DNA of 18,234 nucleotides from a virus: UHGV virus genome UHGV-0285855; one strand, 5' to 3'. Shown piece by piece: positions 16,801 to 18,234 of this stretch (position 1 is its first letter; each line of letters starts with the position of its first letter). The notes under the pieces were generated by a model. It saw only the letters and a program-made list of their open reading frames with translations, ran no database searches and was not told where the DNA came from. The position numbers and the translations under genes were made by a program.

Positions 16801-16989
16801 ATGTATCGAAACATACGGTGCCGACACTGCAATAAGCTACTGGCACGGGCCAGTTTCAGTTATCTGGAAGTAAAATGTCCGCGCTGTAAAACCCTCAATC
16901 AAATCACATCTCAGAGCGCCACAGAGCACCCCACATACACAAGGAAATCCTGCCGTGGGGAACAAGAAACATTACTTTCAGTCAGATAA
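16801..16989 (+). CDS. com: Com-like zinc-finger translational regulator
   Basis: 62 aa; Cys at positions 7, 10, 26, 29 (CxxC-15-CxxC); AGGAGG at 16785-16790; same length and Cys spacing as phage Mu Com; 3' end overlaps the downstream modification gene as com overlaps mom in Mu. Confidence 0.75.
   Translation: MYRNIRCRHCNKLLARASFSYLEVKCPRCKTLNQITSQSATEHPTYTRKSCRGEQETLLSVR
16929..16960 (+). promoter_or_regulatory. Stem-loop sequestering the methyltransferase start codon (candidate Com-responsive translation-inhibition structure)
   Basis: CCCCAC (16929-16934) pairs with GTGGGG (16955-16960); the 20-nt loop contains AGGA (16942-16945); GTG 16955-16957 is the only plausible start upstream of methyltransferase motif I. 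Confidence 0.4.
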
Positions 16990-18007
16990 GTCACTAACCT
17001 ATGGTTCAGTATGCAGTGGTATTGAAGCTGCGACAGTAGCCTGGAGCAATCTTGGCTGGAAAGCCAGATGGTTCAGTGAAATAGAGGACTTCCCGTCAAC
17101 ACTTCTTTCATATCGCTGGCCCCATATACCAAATCTTGGTGATATGGCTTTGCTTGCGCCTCGTATCAGGGATGGGCTTATTGAAGCACCAGATATTCTT
17201 GTAGGTGGAACTCCGTGTCAGGCATTCAGTATGTCAGGAAAACGAAAAGGCCTTTCAGATCCACGGGGGCAGTTAACACTGTCTTTTGTTGAACTGGCGA
17301 ATCAGATAGATACCGTTCGGGCATCGCTCAATAAATCCCCCTCAATAATCGTATGGGAAAACGTCACAGGAGTTTTAAGTAGCCATGACAATGCATTCGG
17401 TCATTTTCTTGGTGCGCTGGCCGGAGCAGGTTGCGCATTACAGCCAGCAAGGAAAAGATGGGCAAACGCTGGTGTTGTGTCTGGACCATCGCGTATCGTC
17501 GCCTGGCGAGTACTTGATGCCCAATATTTCGGAGTCGCCCAGGCTCGCAGAAGAGTGTTTGTTGTGGCAAGTGCTGGAAAAAGGCTCGATCCCGGAAAGG
17601 TATTATTTGAGTTCCCGCCTGTGTCGCAGGGCGATAAAAACTATTACGGAAAGAAGAAAAAATCCGAATCCCTTCTTGATCAAGGCATTGAAGGAAAATT
17701 GCACCGATATTGCCTTGAAGCATTGCCAAAACGAACAGGCACAGTAATAGCTGGCTATAACGGAACAACTAACCAGGACATGACTATGTCTGGTGGGCTC
17801 ATAGTTGAAAGAGCGCCATATTCAAGGGTTCGTAGGTTGACGCCAACCGAATGCGAGAGGCTACAAGGTTTTCCCGATGGATATACAGATATTCCATGGA
17901 AAAATTCATCTCCAGCTCATCGTTATAAGGCCATTGGAAATTCAATGCCTGTACCGGTCATGAAATGGATTGGTCGAAGAATACAGGAAGCGTTAAACGA
18001 AGTTTAA
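16955..18007 (+). CDS. DNA cytosine-5 methyltransferase (orphan; no restriction enzyme gene nearby)
   Basis: 350 aa; motifs in canonical order: GSVCSGIEA (I), GGTPCQAFS (IV, catalytic Cys), WENV (VI), QARRRVFVV (VIII), RLTPTECERLQGFPDGYT (IX), AIGNSMPVP (X). No in-frame ATG lies upstream of motif I, so the start is inferred as GTG 16955. Confidence 0.85.
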   Translation: MGNKKHYFQSDKSLTYGSVCSGIEAATVAWSNLGWKARWFSEIEDFPSTLLSYRWPHIPNLGDMALLAPRIRDGLIEAPDILVGGTPCQAFSMSGKRKGLSDPRGQLTLSFVELANQIDTVRASLNKSPSIIVWENVTGVLSSHDNAFGHFLGALAGAGCALQPARKRWANAGVVSGPSRIVAWRVLDAQYFGVAQARRRVFVVASAGKRLDPGKVLFEFPPVSQGDKNYYGKKKKSESLLDQGIEGKLHRYCLEALPKRTGTVIAGYNGTTNQDMTMSGGLIVERAPYSRVRRLTPTECERLQGFPDGYTDIPWKNSSPAHRYKAIGNSMPVPVMKWIGRRIQEALNEV

Positions 18008-18088
18008 ACCTAAGCAAAAGACATTATGAAGTTGGTTTTTGTGCCGTTAAAAGATGTCTTTAAGGAGTGCAAAGGAAAGCGCCAATTT

Positions 18089-18166
18089 AGTATCAAAAAA
18101 GATGCTTATCGGCGCTTTTCATCGGTATCAAATGAAATGCAAATCGGTATCAAAAAAATCGCCGCG
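18089..18166. repeat. Three direct copies of a GTATCAAA-containing motif; candidate transposase-binding sites at the prophage right end
   Basis: aGTATCAAAAAAg at 18089-18101, cGGTATCAAATG at 18124-18135, tcGGTATCAAAAAAATCGCCGCG at 18145-18166; the last two lie 22 bp apart, the length of a MuA-type site; located after the last phage gene, where Mu carries R1-R3. Confidence 0.4.
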
Positions 18167-18234
18167 CTATACTCTGACAGCAATGACCACGCCAACCACT
18201 AACAGCGCGATACCGCTCAGCGTCATTAGCGGCG
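18167..18234 (-). CDS. Possible 3' end of a flanking (host?) gene encoding a hydrophobic C-terminus (...PLMTLSGIALLVVGVVIAVRV)
   Basis: Minus-strand open frame to the window edge, ending at stop 18167-18169; only ~21 codons visible. Confidence 0.2.
   Translation of the reverse strand, partial: PLMTLSGIALLVVGVVIAVRV

Larger units (their letters stand above)
1..18166 (+). mobile_element. Right-hand portion of a Mu-like transposable prophage (late/tail region, invertible segment, gin, com region, right end)
   Basis: Gene order and protein families match the phage Mu late region (sheath, tube, tape measure, DNA-circulation protein, baseplate, tail fibre, invertible segment, Gin-like invertase, Com-like protein) ending in repeated end-like motifs. 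The left boundary lies outside the window; the right boundary is approximate. Confidence 0.7.

Noticed and set aside
16955-18007. A Mom-type (acyltransferase-like) adenine-modification enzyme downstream of com
   Set aside because: The ORF overlapping com has unambiguous C5-methyltransferase motifs and no acyltransferase signature; no other candidate lies between com and the prophage end.
18017-18061. Intrinsic terminator after the methyltransferase gene
   Set aside because: Only an AT-rich 8-bp inverted repeat (AAAGACAT/ATGTCTTT) with a 29-nt loop and no clean U-tract; too weak to call. It may instead belong to the prophage end region.

Overview
This window reads as the right-hand ~18 kb of a Mu-like transposable prophage. 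All calls come from reading the sequence and the ORF translations; no database search was run, so family names are recognition from memory. Left to right: (1) the 3' end of an upstream gene carrying a perfect (CCGAAG)x20 repeat; (2) a co-directional, tightly overlapping tail morphogenesis operon in Mu gene order (gp36/37/38-like, tail sheath, tail tube, gp41-like, tape measure, DNA-circulation protein, baseplate hub, gp45 spike, gp46, gp47/J-like, gp48, tail fibre); (3) a compact ~1.3 kb invertible tail-fibre segment bounded by 106-bp perfect inverted repeats with gix/hix-like 26-bp crossover sites, holding an alternative fibre C-terminus and a single Tfa chaperone gene; (4) a Gin/Hin-family serine invertase; (5) cargo: an SGNH/SASA-type carbohydrate O-acetylesterase and an AT-rich island with three small ORFs; (6) a Com-like zinc-finger gene that overlaps not mom but a DNA cytosine-5 methyltransferase; (7) repeated short motifs resembling transposase-binding sites at the prophage right end. 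The strongest candidate for something new is the com/C5-methyltransferase module, which keeps Mu-mom-like regulatory architecture (GATC palindrome upstream, start codon buried in a stem-loop) around a different DNA-modification enzyme.
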